64,000 nt of DNA from assembly GCF_001194135.2 (NCBI RefSeq), contig NC_068985.1:65267233-65331232 (forward strand). Direction: 5' to 3'. How positions within the stretch are numbered: position 1 is the stretch's first letter; each line of letters begins with the position of its first letter. Origin of the DNA: Octopus bimaculoides. Taxonomy: Eukaryota. The position numbers were made by a program, and so were the translations under genes. Positions 51,563 through 63,828 of the stretch are shown here, one piece after another. The notes under the pieces were generated by a model. That model was not told the DNA's origin, searched no databases, and was given only the letters and a program-made list of their open reading frames with translations.

Positions 51563-51603
51563 GTTACTGAAGAGATTGCAAGAGTGCAATGAAATGATTT
51601 AAC
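51563..51603 (+). ncRNA. Minimal type I hammerhead candidate, downstream pseudo-LTR
   Basis: Identical to 47755-47795. Confidence 0.6.
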
Positions 51604-52094
51604 AAAAAAACTAAATACTGTTTATAAATTAATAAAGGACTGAACCAGTGCGTGTGTTTATTACCGGCATAATGCCTCTCCCCAGGTTTAATTGTAATAA
51701 TTTAGGATTTTACCTTATAAAATGCTGGGTAAGGGGATACATTGGCTGCTATTTTTAGCGTCTCGAGCAAACAGGTAGAGGCTTTTTCATTGGTTTGATT
51801 GCATGATGAGATTTTTTTACTCATATATGTATAATATGCATATATATCATTGGCAGAAGTTAGAGAGTAAGTCAAAACCTGAGAGTTCCGTGTTTTGGCA
51901 CTTATCAAACACGAATTTGTCCATTGTAACACTGTAACTTGTGATGAAATAACTTCTAAAATACAAAATTTTGTCAAAAATGTTAAGAGTAAACCCTGTT
52001 GTAATGTGACACATTGTACCAATATCGGAAGTTTCAAAGTGTTTAGTTAAAAAAAATTAAATAAATAATCTGTACGTCAAATTGAATAGATCCG

Positions 52095-52215
52095 AAATGG
52101 ATAAAAAGCAAAGTCGACCTCGGTGGAATTTGAACTAAAAACATAAACACGGGTGAAATACCATTAAGCATTTTGCCCGGCGCACTAATGTTTCTACCAG
52201 TTCACCATCTTAGAA
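52095..52215 (-). mobile_element. tRNA-derived SINE 5' fragment
   Basis: AAAAGCAAAGTCGACCTCGGTGGAATTTGAACT motif. Confidence 0.65.
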
Positions 52216-52689
52216 CGTAAACATTCATTTTAGCAATATATTCTTTAATTAATATTCTTATTGATAAGTGTTACTTCCTTACTCCCTTACTTACACGAAA
52301 TTTCGTGGTATTTCACTCCATAACTTTTCTTCTACTAATTTTTGTTCTGAATTTCTCATACATTTTTCTATCATTTAAGCCTAAGAAAAGCATACTTTTA
52401 TTTTAAAATTAAAAAGTCTATGTTAATTTAAGGTGAATAGGTGCCTTACTGCTCCCCTTGAGGTCGCAGATATTTTGATGTAACCTTTTTTTCTACTGAA
52501 CCAAATCTCAAACTATTTATGCCAAAGTGTAGCTGAGGAGGTGTCCGCTATAAAACTGTTAACAGTTTTCAATTTAGTTGAGAACTGAATTATTGGTGGA
52601 ACTTGGAAGCTGCTGCGATTGATGAAATGGTGGACTTAAGAATATATTCAACCACGCTAGTGGTTGAATGGTACATATATACATACAGA

Positions 52690-55110
52690 GAGAGAGAGAG
52701 AGAGAGACCGAAGTGTATGTACGCCGCTATACATATGTAAAAAACGAATACAAGAAATGGGACAAAAATGCAAAACATCCAGACAGTTTGATGATACAAA
52801 AAAAGGGACAAGAAAAAACAAGGATGGGTCATTCGGAGTTTTCTTTTGTCAGTTGAGTTCCAGATTATCTTTGTAGTTTAGGCTGGTTATACTCGAGACT
52901 GCTCTAATCTGGCCAGGACCAAGGAAATTCTAAGCTAAACGCACTAGATTCCTTGGAAGAAAGCAGTGAATGTATACGAAAACAAGGACGAGAAAGAAAA
53001 AAAAGGCGAAATGGTACACAAATACAAACAACAGGACATTAACAATAGGTGTCTTTCAACTAAGGACAAATTAAATTAAGCTGGCGTGTGTGGAAGTGAA
53101 GCCTTATGGCAGGGACATAAGCGATGACAGGCATGGGAAGGAATATAGATGTTGCACAGATGGTAGTCGAACCAAGAAATAAAGGTCAGGCTTGGCCGAA
53201 CACCGTGGAAGGAGAGGAGAGAGGTAGAGGCAGAGGGATAGAAGAATTAGGGAGGGATGAGAAAAAAAGAAAAGGACAGAGTGAAGTGAAAGAGGAGGGA
53301 AGGCCAGGAAATGTGAGAGATGGGAAGCGAAAGAAAGAAAAGTGGAAAGAACGAAGTAAGTGTGAAGGGGCTGATAGAAAGAAAGAAAGAATGAAAGAAG
53401 AGAGTTGTACAAAATTTATATATATATATATATATATATNNNNNNNNNNNNNNNNNNNNNNNNNNNNNNNNNNNNNNNNNNNNNNNNNNNNNNNNNNNNN
53501 NNNNNNNNNNNNNNNNNNNNNNNNNNNNNNNNNNNNNNNNNNNNNNNNNNNNNNNNNNNNNNNNNNNNNNNNNNNNNNNNNNNNNNNNNNNNNNNNNNNN
53601 NNNNNNNNNNNNNNNNNNNNNNNNNNNNNNNNNNNNNNNNNNNNNNNNNNNNNNNNNNNNNNNNNNNNNNNNNNNNNNNNNNNNNNNNNNNNNNNNNNNN
53701 NNNNNNNNNNNNNNNNNNNNNNNNNNNNNNNNNNNNNNNNNNNNNNNNNNNNNNNNNNNNNNNNNNNNNNNNNNNNNNNNNNNNNNNNNNNNNNNNNNNN
53801 NNNNNNNNNNNNNNNNNNNNNNNNNNNNNNNNNNNNNNNNNNNNNNNNNNNNNNNNNNNNNNNNNNNNNNNNNNNNNNNNNNNNNNNNNNNNNNNNNNNN
53901 NNNNNNNNNNNNNNNNNNNNNNNNNNNNNNNNNNNNNNNNNNNNNNNNNNNNNNNNNNNNNNNNNNNNNNNNNNNNNNNNNNNNNNNNNNNNNNNNNNNN
54001 NNNNNNNNNNNNNNNNNNNNNNNNNNNNNNNNNNNNNNNNNNNNNNNNNNNNNNNNGGCGGCCTTGGCAACGGTCACGCTCAAAATGGTGCATTTCATGT
54101 GTCACCCGCACAAGAGCCAGTCCAGGGGCACTGGCAACAATCTTGATCGAAAATCCCACGAAGGCCAGCCAGGCGGCACTGGCAACGGCCATGCCAAAAA
54201 TGGTGCATTTCATGTGTCGCCCGCACATGAGCCAGTCCAGGGGCACTGGCAACAATCTCGCTCGAAAAATTTCATGTGTCACCCGCACATGAGCCAGCCC
54301 GGGGGCACCAGCAACGATATGTATATAAAAAAAGGGACAAGAACTCAAAACATCCAGACAGTGAGATGATACAAAAAAGGGACAAGAAAAAACAAGAACG
54401 GGTCATTTGAAGTTTTCTTTTGTCAGTCGAGTTCCAGATTATCTTTGCATGTATGGGTGTTTTGTTATCGCTTTTTTGTATCATGTCTGGATGTTTTACG
54501 TTTTTTGCATTCTTTTTTTATATACATATAGCGGTGTATGTACACTTTGGTCTCTTATACGTAAGTACATATATATATATATATATATATCTAAATTTTG
54601 TATGACTCTCTTATTCTCATTCTTTCTTTCTATCAGCCTCTTCACACTTACTTCATTCTTTCCACTCCTCTCTATTTCGTTCCCCGTCTCTATCATTTCC
54701 TGGCCTTCCCTTCATTCTCACCTTCCCTCCTCTTTCACTTCACTCTTTCCCTTTTCTTTTTTTCTTGTCCCTCCCTAATTCTTCTATCCCTCTGCCTCTA
54801 CCTCTTTCCTCTCCTTCCACGTGTCCAGTGTTCAACCAAGCCTGACCTTTCTTTCTTGGTTCCACTACCATCTGTGCAATGTCTATATTCTTTCCCATGC
54901 CTGTCACCTCTTATGTCCCTGCCATAAGGCTTCACTTCTACACATGCCAGCTTAATTTAATTTGTCTTTAGTCGAAAGACACCTGTTGTTTGCATTTGTA
55001 TTTGTGTACCATGTCTCCATTTTTTTTCCATTCTTGTTTTCATATACATTCGCTGCTTTCTTCCAAGGAATCCAGTGCTCTTAGCTTAGATTTTCCTTGG
55101 GGCTGGCCAG
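52690..55110. repeat. Inverted-repeat composite (~530-bp arms plus shorter modules)
   Basis: 52900-53430 is the reverse complement of 54575-55110; 52690-52860 recurs directly at 54320-54445 and inverted at 54460-54560. Confidence 0.75.
54057..54320 (-). repeat. ~60-bp tandem repeats of RTE 3' UTR type
   Basis: GGCACTGGCAAC..AAAATGGTGCATTTCATGTG units, reverse-similar to 26470-26720. Confidence 0.6.
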
Positions 55111-55139
55111 TATATACCAATTGATGAATATTTACAGAT

Positions 55140-55408
55140 ACCATCTGATAAGTTACCTCTTTCAAATGCTATGCGCCGAGTTTTGTTCAATACTGATGCA
55201 GAATTGAAAGCTTGGTTGGATCAATTTTTCAAGTCGAAATCAGGTGATTTCTACCAACGAGGTATTGAAAATCTTTGAACGTTGGGAAGAAGTTGTAAGT
55301 AACAAGGGTGAATACATTATTGATTAATTAGTTGTCATTTTTTTTATTAAACCTTTTAAAAAAATTTAAATTAAAAAAAAACGCAGGAACTTAGTTGCCA
55401 ACCTAATA
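55140..55408 (+). mobile_element. mariner 3' fragment with right TIR
   Basis: FNTDAELKAWLDQFFKSKSGDFYQRGIEN..RWEEVV..GEYIID*; GAACTTAGTTGCCAACCTAA|TA end. Confidence 0.85.
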
Positions 55409-57279
55409 CAAAGATTTGATAAAACTAGTCTATAAATTAAAACTGACCCCATAAAACAGGGACAAGCAAAATCTGTAACAAGTCTTTCTTCCTGATACCT
55501 TAGTAGCTTCTAATCTGAAGTGAAGGCAGCATGTTCTTTGTCTATCTCCTTAACATCTTGGAGATTTTAGGTAAAATTATACTAATGTGTCCATCTGTTT
55601 TAAATGAATTAAACTCTATGTCTTTATGCAGCCGAGGATTGCTCTGTATTCAAATTAATGTAATGGTTGAATTGTTCAATTAAATGGAGTTGCTTGAAAT
55701 GATCGTACCGCATTACCTCTGGATATTCTTGTTGCTTATTTTGATATATATATATACATATATATGTATACATACATANNNNNNNNNNNNNNNNNNNNNN
55801 NNNNNNNNNNNNNNNNNNNNNNNNNNNNNNNNNNNNNNNNNNNNNNNNNNNNNNNNNNNNNNNNNNNNNNNNNNNNNNNNNNNNNNNNNNNNNNNNNNNN
55901 NNNNNNNNNNNNNNNNNNNNNNNNNNNNNNNNNNNNNNNNNNNNCAATTCTGAAGGTAGTAGACAAGTTTGTCTACCTGAGCAGCACACTCAGCTGTTCA
56001 GTAGATTAAGAATATTTAAGGGAGTGTAAATTCAAAACAATTATGAAGAATAAAGAGACTGGTACATCATATTATTTTCTTTTAAACATTTATTTTTACA
56101 GTTAATTATAAAGCATAATTGGTTTATATGACTGACTCATGTTTCCACTGTATAGAGAGTATCCAGTTGCATTTTCAACCAGCTATTTTCAACTATGCAC
56201 CTTCATTCAGGGTCTATCTACAAACTTGGTTCAAAGTGAATGGATTTTATTTGTGTGATTTAATAAAGTGAAGGGGAAATTTAGAAACTTGATATGGTTA
56301 TAAAAATTTACCTCACATTTAACCTCATTTCGACTTTAGGTTTAAGGATGAAACTGAGAGTCCTTGAGCCTAATAGATCAATTGAGTTTTAGGTTATATG
56401 CAGTGTCTATGTTCTGTATGTGTTGCTATGGTTTCTAAAAAAGATATTTCAATTGCTGAGGATATTGATAGTTACTTGAAAGTCAAACCAGACATTGTCC
56501 TGACATTTATCCCTTAAATTTGGGCACCTCCCATTTGTGTAGCAGATACTAACTTATCCATCACTTGCATGGAAGTATTTAAATGTTATCTTGTGCAAGT
56601 GTGGACATCTTAAGTCTTGTTCTAGTATACAGTTAAGCAACTGGTGTTTAGATGTAAAAATCTGGAAAATTATCTCTTATGCACAAGTTTCATCTTTTTC
56701 CGCCTATTATATAAGGTACAGCCATGTTACTTTTTTGTCATTCTATCCTTAAAGGATCGGATGGTGTTACGCCTTTTAAGCCAATCCTTAAACAAATGTA
56801 AATGGTTTGCCAGTCACGATTTGAAGTTTGTTGAGCACACACCAATATAGAAGTAGGAATTTCCAACATAATCTTATAATGGTACACTAAATTTTCCCTC
56901 ATACATTCAGTATGTAAGGGACAAATTTTATTTTTACCACATTTTACAAAGATTTTTTCCATACTAATACTACTTCTGTTAGTGGATCAAGAACTAGAAC
57001 TAGAAACCCTCCTTGTTTTTGTGTCTATTGATTTGCTGTTTACATTCTGACTCCAGCATGGCCACAGCCTTTGGGCTGAAACATATAAAAAAAAAAAAAG
57101 ATGGTGCTCCAGCATGGCCACAGTCAAATGACTGAAACAAGTAAAAGAATATGCGTGTGTGTATGTGTATTTATATATACACACACATATCTATATAGAT
57201 GTATATATACATATGTATATATACTGTCTCCTTCACTAAAGTGAGGCCATGCTTGCTAGGTTTCACTCAATGTTTCTAG

Positions 57280-58490
57280 CCATTGCTTATTGTCTCATTT
57301 TAACAAAATTCAGTGGCTTCTCTTCTCCATTGTAGTCGCATGATATTGCTCATGGTGGTATTTGCTTTATGATGAATTAGACATAGTGACAACAACAATC
57401 GCCTCACACTGTGTCCAATGAATCCTCTACATCCAACTTCAACTGGTAAATTCTCTACTTCCCAGCCTGCATCTTCTTATTCCTCAAGGAGGTTTTTATA
57501 ATGGTTGATCTTTCAAGCCTAAGATGCATCCATGATATTTTCATGAGGAACCTTTAACTTAATTAGATTTACTACTTTCTGTCTTTCACAACATATCATT
57601 ATATTAGGTTTCTTCATAACTAGAATGGGAAGAATTCTTGGCACCCTGGTGAATTCTTGGCACCTCCCATTAGCAATTCCACTTTTCATCATTCACAGGA
57701 AGTTTCTTCTTCTTCAAATGGATCTGCTGTCCTGAATGCACGAAAGTAATGAAATATCTGGTTGGTTTTTTCTGTGGCTTTATGCCACTGTTGATGAGAG
57801 TAATTTGGTTCTTCATAGCATTGAAGAGAACCAGATTGTGTCTCCATGTATATCTAGTTAATGCTAGTGAACTGTTGGAAAGAATATGTTTCAGTGTTCC
57901 AACTTTTCTGTATCTGTATTTATCATTCTTTGATATGTTCTATCTTACTAAGTTTGTAGCCGATGGCAAGGCATCATAAGATGAATGAATCAGAAAACTC
58001 AAATGTGATGTACTCCACTTTCCTATTTTAGTCCAACTTATTTTTCTCTCAACTGCATATTCTTCCCAACTTGTCATCTGTCCTTGTTGAGAGCATTGAA
58101 TCAAATGAAGCTCTTTTCTCTCTGTTTCTCTTGCTTTGATGCTGTTGCTAACAACAAATCTGCATTCGTTCCACATCATACTTGAAAATGGTCTGAACCA
58201 ACCTGCACCAAGTCCAATCTCTTCTGATCAATCCACTATATCTCAGTGTGTAGTGAAGACAAGATGCCATTAGTCTCTGCTTCTATTTTTCACTTCCTGG
58301 CTGTTTCTACATCTGGTGAATTACGTCTGATTTCCATATCTTTTGACTCTGAGCATAACTGTTTGTACCTTCCCTACTTTATAGTATATACTATATACTG
58401 TTATACACTCAGTAGACATGAATGGATTCCTGAAGTAAAACTAGTGGCACTTATATCCATACTGTCGACGACATCAGGTAGCTGAAGACA
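57280..58490 (-). pseudogene. RLE-type (R2/NeSL-group) non-LTR retrotransposon C-terminal fragment
   Basis: QQGQMTSWE..RKISW..LSFLIHSSYDALPSATNL, GTLKHIL, RYTWRHNLVL, PVEVG. Confidence 0.75.
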
Positions 58491-58574
58491 GTGAATGTGC
58501 TATAAATGGCATACTACCAGATGTATACCCAAGTTTAAAATTATTACTTAATGATTCAGCAAATCATTGTAAAC

Positions 58575-58730
58575 ATAACCTTAACCCTAACCAAAAACAT
58601 TCATTCCAAGTGCTTCCACCCTAACCTTCAATCCTAAATGTAAGTTCTTATCTCAAAACTCTAACTCTCAGCTTACTTCTAAATCCTAAACACTAATACT
58701 GATCCAAATCCTACTCCTAAAGCCTGCATT
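58575..58730 (+). repeat. Short degenerate (CCCTAA)n-like patch
   Basis: AACCTTAACCCTAACC..CCCTAACCTTCAATCCTAAA. Confidence 0.6.
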
Positions 58731-58849
58731 AGGTTCTCATGTCTCAATATCATGTTATTAGACATGGGCCTGTACTTTTTCTAGCAACTGCTAATTAGGT
58801 TACCAAGGTAAGACACCATCTATAAATCCTCTTGTGTACTCGAGAAAAT

Positions 58850-59065
58850 CAATTGATTACAACAGTTACATAAGTGGTATAGATAACATGAATCAGATAA
58901 TGAGCGATCACCTGATTGGTAGACCAGGTAATTAGTGGTGGATACCTGATTTGGTACATATGTGTGTTATGAACACATTTTTATTACATACAAAATCAGA
59001 AGAGACTCAAAAACCTATGCAACCATCTGCAGTTCTGAGCAAATGTAGCAATGCAATTTAGGACA
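58850..59065 (+). pseudogene. Older piggyBac transposase fragment
   Basis: DYNSYISGIDNMNQIM..GRPGN; homologous to 43730-43950. Confidence 0.7.
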
Positions 59066-59069
59066 GACT

Positions 59070-61780
59070 TCTTTTTCTTCTTCTTAGGTCCATTGGCTGT
59101 CTTTGAGGAGCATATCGGGCAGTCAGTGATCACCAATTATCTCTGGCTCTGACCAACCGGTATGCTTCTTCCCAGGTGATGTTCAGTCTGTGTAGGTTTT
59201 CTTTGAAGGTACTATGCCATATCTTCCTTGGCTGGCTTCTTTTTCTCTTACCTTTCAGCAGCATCCCATCGCTGTTTTGACAAGCCTTTCCTCTGGCAGT
59301 CTTAGTTCGTGTTCAGCCATTCTCATTTGTTGTTCAGTTACAATTGCATACAGAGCCTTACTCTTGCTGCTTGGAGAATGGCTTCATTTGTCACTCTGTC
59401 TTGACAAGTGATTCTTAGGATCTTTGTGAGGCACTGCCGATAAAATATGTTGAGTTGGCAGGCGATTTTTGCTGTTATCTTTCAGGTCTCACATGCATAG
59501 ATCACTATTGGCAGTATTGCTGTTTTGTACAGAAAAATCTTCAGCTCTATACTTATGCTATTGCTACATCTAAGTGTTGTCAGTCTCTGCATCACTGTTG
59601 CCTGTCACTATGCTTCCCTGATATGTGAAGCTTTTAACTTCAACTGGCTCTTGTCGAACTTTCACTGGTACACTTTCTACTTGTTTCCTAACTTGCATTA
59701 CCTTTGTTTTTTGACTGCTGATTCTCAACCCAGTTTTTGTTGCTTCCCTTTCCCTTTTTGATATTTCTTGTAATGTTGGGTGATTCTCAGCCAACAGGGC
59801 GATGTCATAGGCAAAATCCAAGTCTGTTAGCCAGTCCCTCGCCATCCATGATATGTCTATAGCCAGTCCAACCATTGATCTTTGCATAACAAAATCGATG
59901 ATCATTGGAAACAACACTGGTGACAGGAAACAGTTTCGTCTTACTCCAGTGATGATCTTAAAAAAACCAGTGTATCCATACTCTGTTCTAATGCAGCAGC
60001 TTGAGTTGTAGAAACTGCTAAACAGACTGATGTAATCGTCCAATATTCCATACACTTTTGCAATCTTCCAAAAGGTTTGTCTATGCACACTGTCAAATAC
60101 CTTTTTGGAGTCAATGAAGTTTATTATTAATGGTTTTTTGGTGTTCTATGCATTGTTCTACGATGTTGCACAGTGTGAATATTTGCTTGCAGCACAATCT
60201 GCTGGGTTAAAATTTGGCTTGTTGTTCTCTCAGCTTTACATCTAATGCAAACTTCAACTGGAACAGCAACAATGAGCACAGCACTTTACCTGGCGTTGTT
60301 ATTCCCCTCCAGTTTTGGCAGTTGCTCAAATCTCCCTTCTTTGGTAGTTTAATAATTTCTTCTTTGGTCCACTCTTCAGGTACCCTTTTTACCACCCAGC
60401 ATGCATTACATAACTGTGTCAACCTTTCAACCATGATCTGGCCACCCACTTTCATTAATTTTGCTGAAATGTTGTCCAGTCCAGGTACTTTATTGTTTTC
60501 TAGTCTCTTCACTGCTTCTCTCACTTCATCTTCCCTTATCGCTCCCCTTCCTCCTGCCAAATGTTCTATTTGTTGGTCCTCTAAATTCAATTTTATTGTT
60601 AGTGCTGGTTGGTTTAGGGTTTCTTTAAAGTGTTCCACCCATCTTGCATTTTGTTGTTCTTCACTTAGCAAAGTCTTCTCATTCTTAGCTTTCACTGGCA
60701 GACTGCCCCCTCCTGTTTGATCCTGTTAAATCTCTCATGATTCTGTATAGAGTTCTGATGTCATTTTTGTTTGTTTCTGAGCTTCTTTAATCTTTCCTTC
60801 CACCCATCTTCTTTTGTCACTCCTGCATCCTCTCTTCACCTGCCTATCTGCCACTCGACACTACTCTTCTGTTGCTTTTCTCTCTTTTTCTGTTTTTGTT
60901 TAGTCCCTTCTTCTTTTCTTTTCCTTCCTGCTGTCAATCAACAGCCATGTATCTGGTGTAATCCATCTTTCCTGATATGTTTTTTTCCATCCTTGCACTT
61001 TGGGTAAAAGCACTTTTGAACATATTCCATTGTTCTTCCAAATCTCCGGTCTGTTGCAGTGGTTGGGACCGGTTAACTACCATAGTGTCATGGTCTTGAA
61101 AATGGGAAGAAAGTATTGCCAATGTACAGATCATTCATACTGCAGAATAACAAAAAGTGCTCTCCATTTTCAGTTGTTTTGCTTCCACTTGCATGCAGTC
61201 CTTTCACTTGCTCTAATTCGAATCTAGCTGAGCATTCCAGTCCTTCACAACCAACTTGATGCCAAAGTGTGGTGTGCTATTCATCACATCATGTAGTTGT
61301 TAATGAAAATTATCCTTTTCTGTTTCTTCTGTTGGTGGATAGGATGATGGTGGTCTTGACAAATCTGGTTTGAAATCATGCAGAAATAATGCAATCATTG
61401 ACTGGTTGCCAGCTGATAAGAAACTTTGTGGCCTCTTTATCTAGCACCAGCCCCACATCTCAGACATGGCGCTCTTGATGTCCAGAGTAGAGCATGGTAA
61501 TTTTCCCCCTTTCTATCCAACATATTTCACTTATTCTCGAGATGCTCAACTAATAGTTGTTAAATTTTCGCAGCAACAGTGTCAGTCCCCACATTCCAAT
61601 CCTTGTTAGTTTTTTTTGCAGTTATGAGTTGGCTCTTCACTAGGGTCCAGGACACCTCCCAGTTTTCCCCTGGATCAGTCACGAAATCTTTGTTTGCAGC
61701 ACTCTAAGTTTTTACAGGGTCAGATTGCTAGCCCAAAGCCTAACCCTCCTCCTTTCTCATCCTGGACTTGGGACCAGGCC
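59070..61780 (-). mobile_element. RTE/RTEX-like LINE, near full length, decayed
   Basis: WNV endonuclease start near 61590, KVPGLDNIS, KKGDLSNCQNWRGIT, REQQAKF, LDFAYDIALL, KTKVM, FTYQGS; (AAG)n tail at 59070-59090. Confidence 0.8.
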
Positions 61781-62024
61781 ATATGACTATCCATTAAAAA
61801 ATTTAACTGTTGAAAGGAAAGCAAAAGCCTGAATTCCATAAATAACAAAAAAAATCTTTTAAATCAATGACTGCAAAGAGACTGTGCTGAATACCAACAT
61901 GAGAAAAGCCCCNNNNNNNNNNACCACCCGTGGACACTCAAATGAAATGACTTTCCATGATTCTCTCACTGTATCCATGTATGTCATGGAAGCTGTTATG
62001 ATGTTTGCTAACATGTTCATTTAA

Positions 62025-63137
62025 CCCTTTCGTTACCATATTTCTAACCAAAATACACCCCTTATGTGTTTCAATTAATTTCTAACATAATCATAAATTT
62101 AGTCTGGTTTCATTAAACAACTCTAACTTTTTTATTTATCAACATATCAATGTGATTTTTGGAAGATAATTTAACGAAAGGTTCTCAACCAATTCTTTTG
62201 TCACAAAGTGACTGTAATTACAGGTAAATTCACGTAAATTCAACAAAATATAAAATTATTTAAATTATTCAAACATCGCTATAGAAAATGGGTTATTAGC
62301 TAATATTCAATTGGGTATACAACAAAATTTTACTATAGAAGAGTTGTGCACATTACTGGATTCATCAGGTGAATTTAACACACAAAAGACAGGTGTACCA
62401 TAAAGGTATAAATAAAACAAAAGACTAGAATTTGTCTGTGAAGAAAACTAGAAAACAAAATACACATACACCATCAACTAGATTAAATAAGCTCTCCCAC
62501 ATACATAGATACACAGAAATATACAATAATGATTTACAAAAGAAATTAATCAAAATTCGTCACTCACCTTACAGGTAAATCAAAATTACACATAAAGAAA
62601 AATAAAAACAAAGTAAATTTGAAAATATTTATAAAATCAAATCACACATATATACAAATCAAACAATATTTCTATCATGAAAACTTGTAAAGCACCCTGC
62701 TCTACATAATGCAACCTTACAGAATGCACATTGGAAAGTTGTTCCAACAGCCCTTCCACTAAGAGCTTTCCTTTTTTGATGAAGGCATTCACGACACTGC
62801 TTTTTGCGACCCTCGATTTTTTTCTAATTTACAAAGATCGGCTGAATTCAGAGGGATATCTCTCTGGCAGGCTTTGCCTTTTCTCCCTACAGTTATTTTT
62901 TTTTAGGAATAACCAGCTCTTAGTTGCGTTGCTACATCTGCACGGAACTGCAGATGGTCGCATCGCTGGCCCCGATTTGGTATATAGTATAAATGCATTA
63001 GTAATACTCATATTTACTATATACCAAACCAGGTATCGCCACCATTTATTCCCTGGTCTGCCAACTGGATAATAAGACATCATCTGATTCAGCTGATCTA
63101 CACTACCTATGTACCTGTTATAATCGAGGTTCACAAA
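62025..63137 (-). mobile_element. piggyBac 3' half, near-identical to 43720-44773
   Basis: TTAA|CCCTTTCGTTACC end; DYNRYIGSVDQLNQMMSYYPVGRPGNKWWRYL; breaks at 63137. Confidence 0.9.
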
Positions 63138-63316
63138 CCCTAACCCTAACACTGTAGTGAAAATCATACAGGTGTTAATCTGAAAATTTAACAATCTTTT
63201 TTAAAACACTTTTACTTACTAACATTTTTTTTATTTAGTGTGTGTGTGTGTTGCCCATATACACTTAAGACTTAGTTGTGGGTTGGGATCTTGATCGGCA
63301 GAGGTCATTATTATTA

Positions 63317-63367
<51 letters not shown>

Positions 63368-63374
63368 TTAAATT

Positions 63375-63510
63375 TTTCCCATAAGGGTGGCTTTGGGCAG
63401 GTGGAGAATAGTCGATTATATTGACCCCTGTGTTCAACTGGTACTTATTTTTTAGACCCCGAAAGGATGAAAAGCAAAGTCAACTTCGGTAGAATTTGAA
63501 CTCAGAACGT
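63375..63510 (-). mobile_element. tRNA-derived SINE with (TAA)n tail
   Basis: CCCGAAAGGATGAAAAGCAAAGTCAACTTCGGTAGAATTTGAACTC; (ATT)n at 63308-63366. Confidence 0.7.
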
Positions 63511-63828
63511 AGAGATGGGCACAAACCTCCCATCACTACACTGGTTCTGCAGAACAGGGTTGAGTGTGAAAACCAAATTCAAAGTGTAAATATAGATGTT
63601 TTTGAATACACACTCATACATACAAATACACACATACATACAAATATCTGTCATTCTCTTCCAAATACGATCGACAGTCAAACATTTATTCCTTACAAAC
63701 TGAATTTTTTTAATATCTTTCTTAAAATGCATTTACTTACTACCATAGACACAGAATACACATCAATACACACATACATACAAATACCTGTCATTTTTTA
63801 TATTTAGTGTGTATGTGTTTGTTGCCCA

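Larger units (their letters stand above)
47241..51697 (+). mobile_element. Penelope-like element with direct pseudo-LTRs
   Basis: Direct repeat 47241-47897 / about 51050-51697; PTDKSG, LYGLRKDHKP, SMDVVSLYPSID, QGAAIG, RYVDD, LPILD, CVEENCIVC, VVYKISC..YIGET..LAERVNEH; frameshifts. Confidence 0.92.

Noticed and set aside
52530-52575. CTGAGGA followed by the 18-bp palindrome AAAACTGTTAACAGTTTT as a hammerhead
   Set aside because: No GAAA in register, no stem II and no stem I complement
52647-52670. 10-bp stem hairpin ATTCAACCAC-gcta-GTGGTTGAAT
   Set aside because: No ribozyme core or other context; probably a repeat terminus
322-56009. Long ORFs dominated by X
   Set aside because: Artifacts of reading through N gaps
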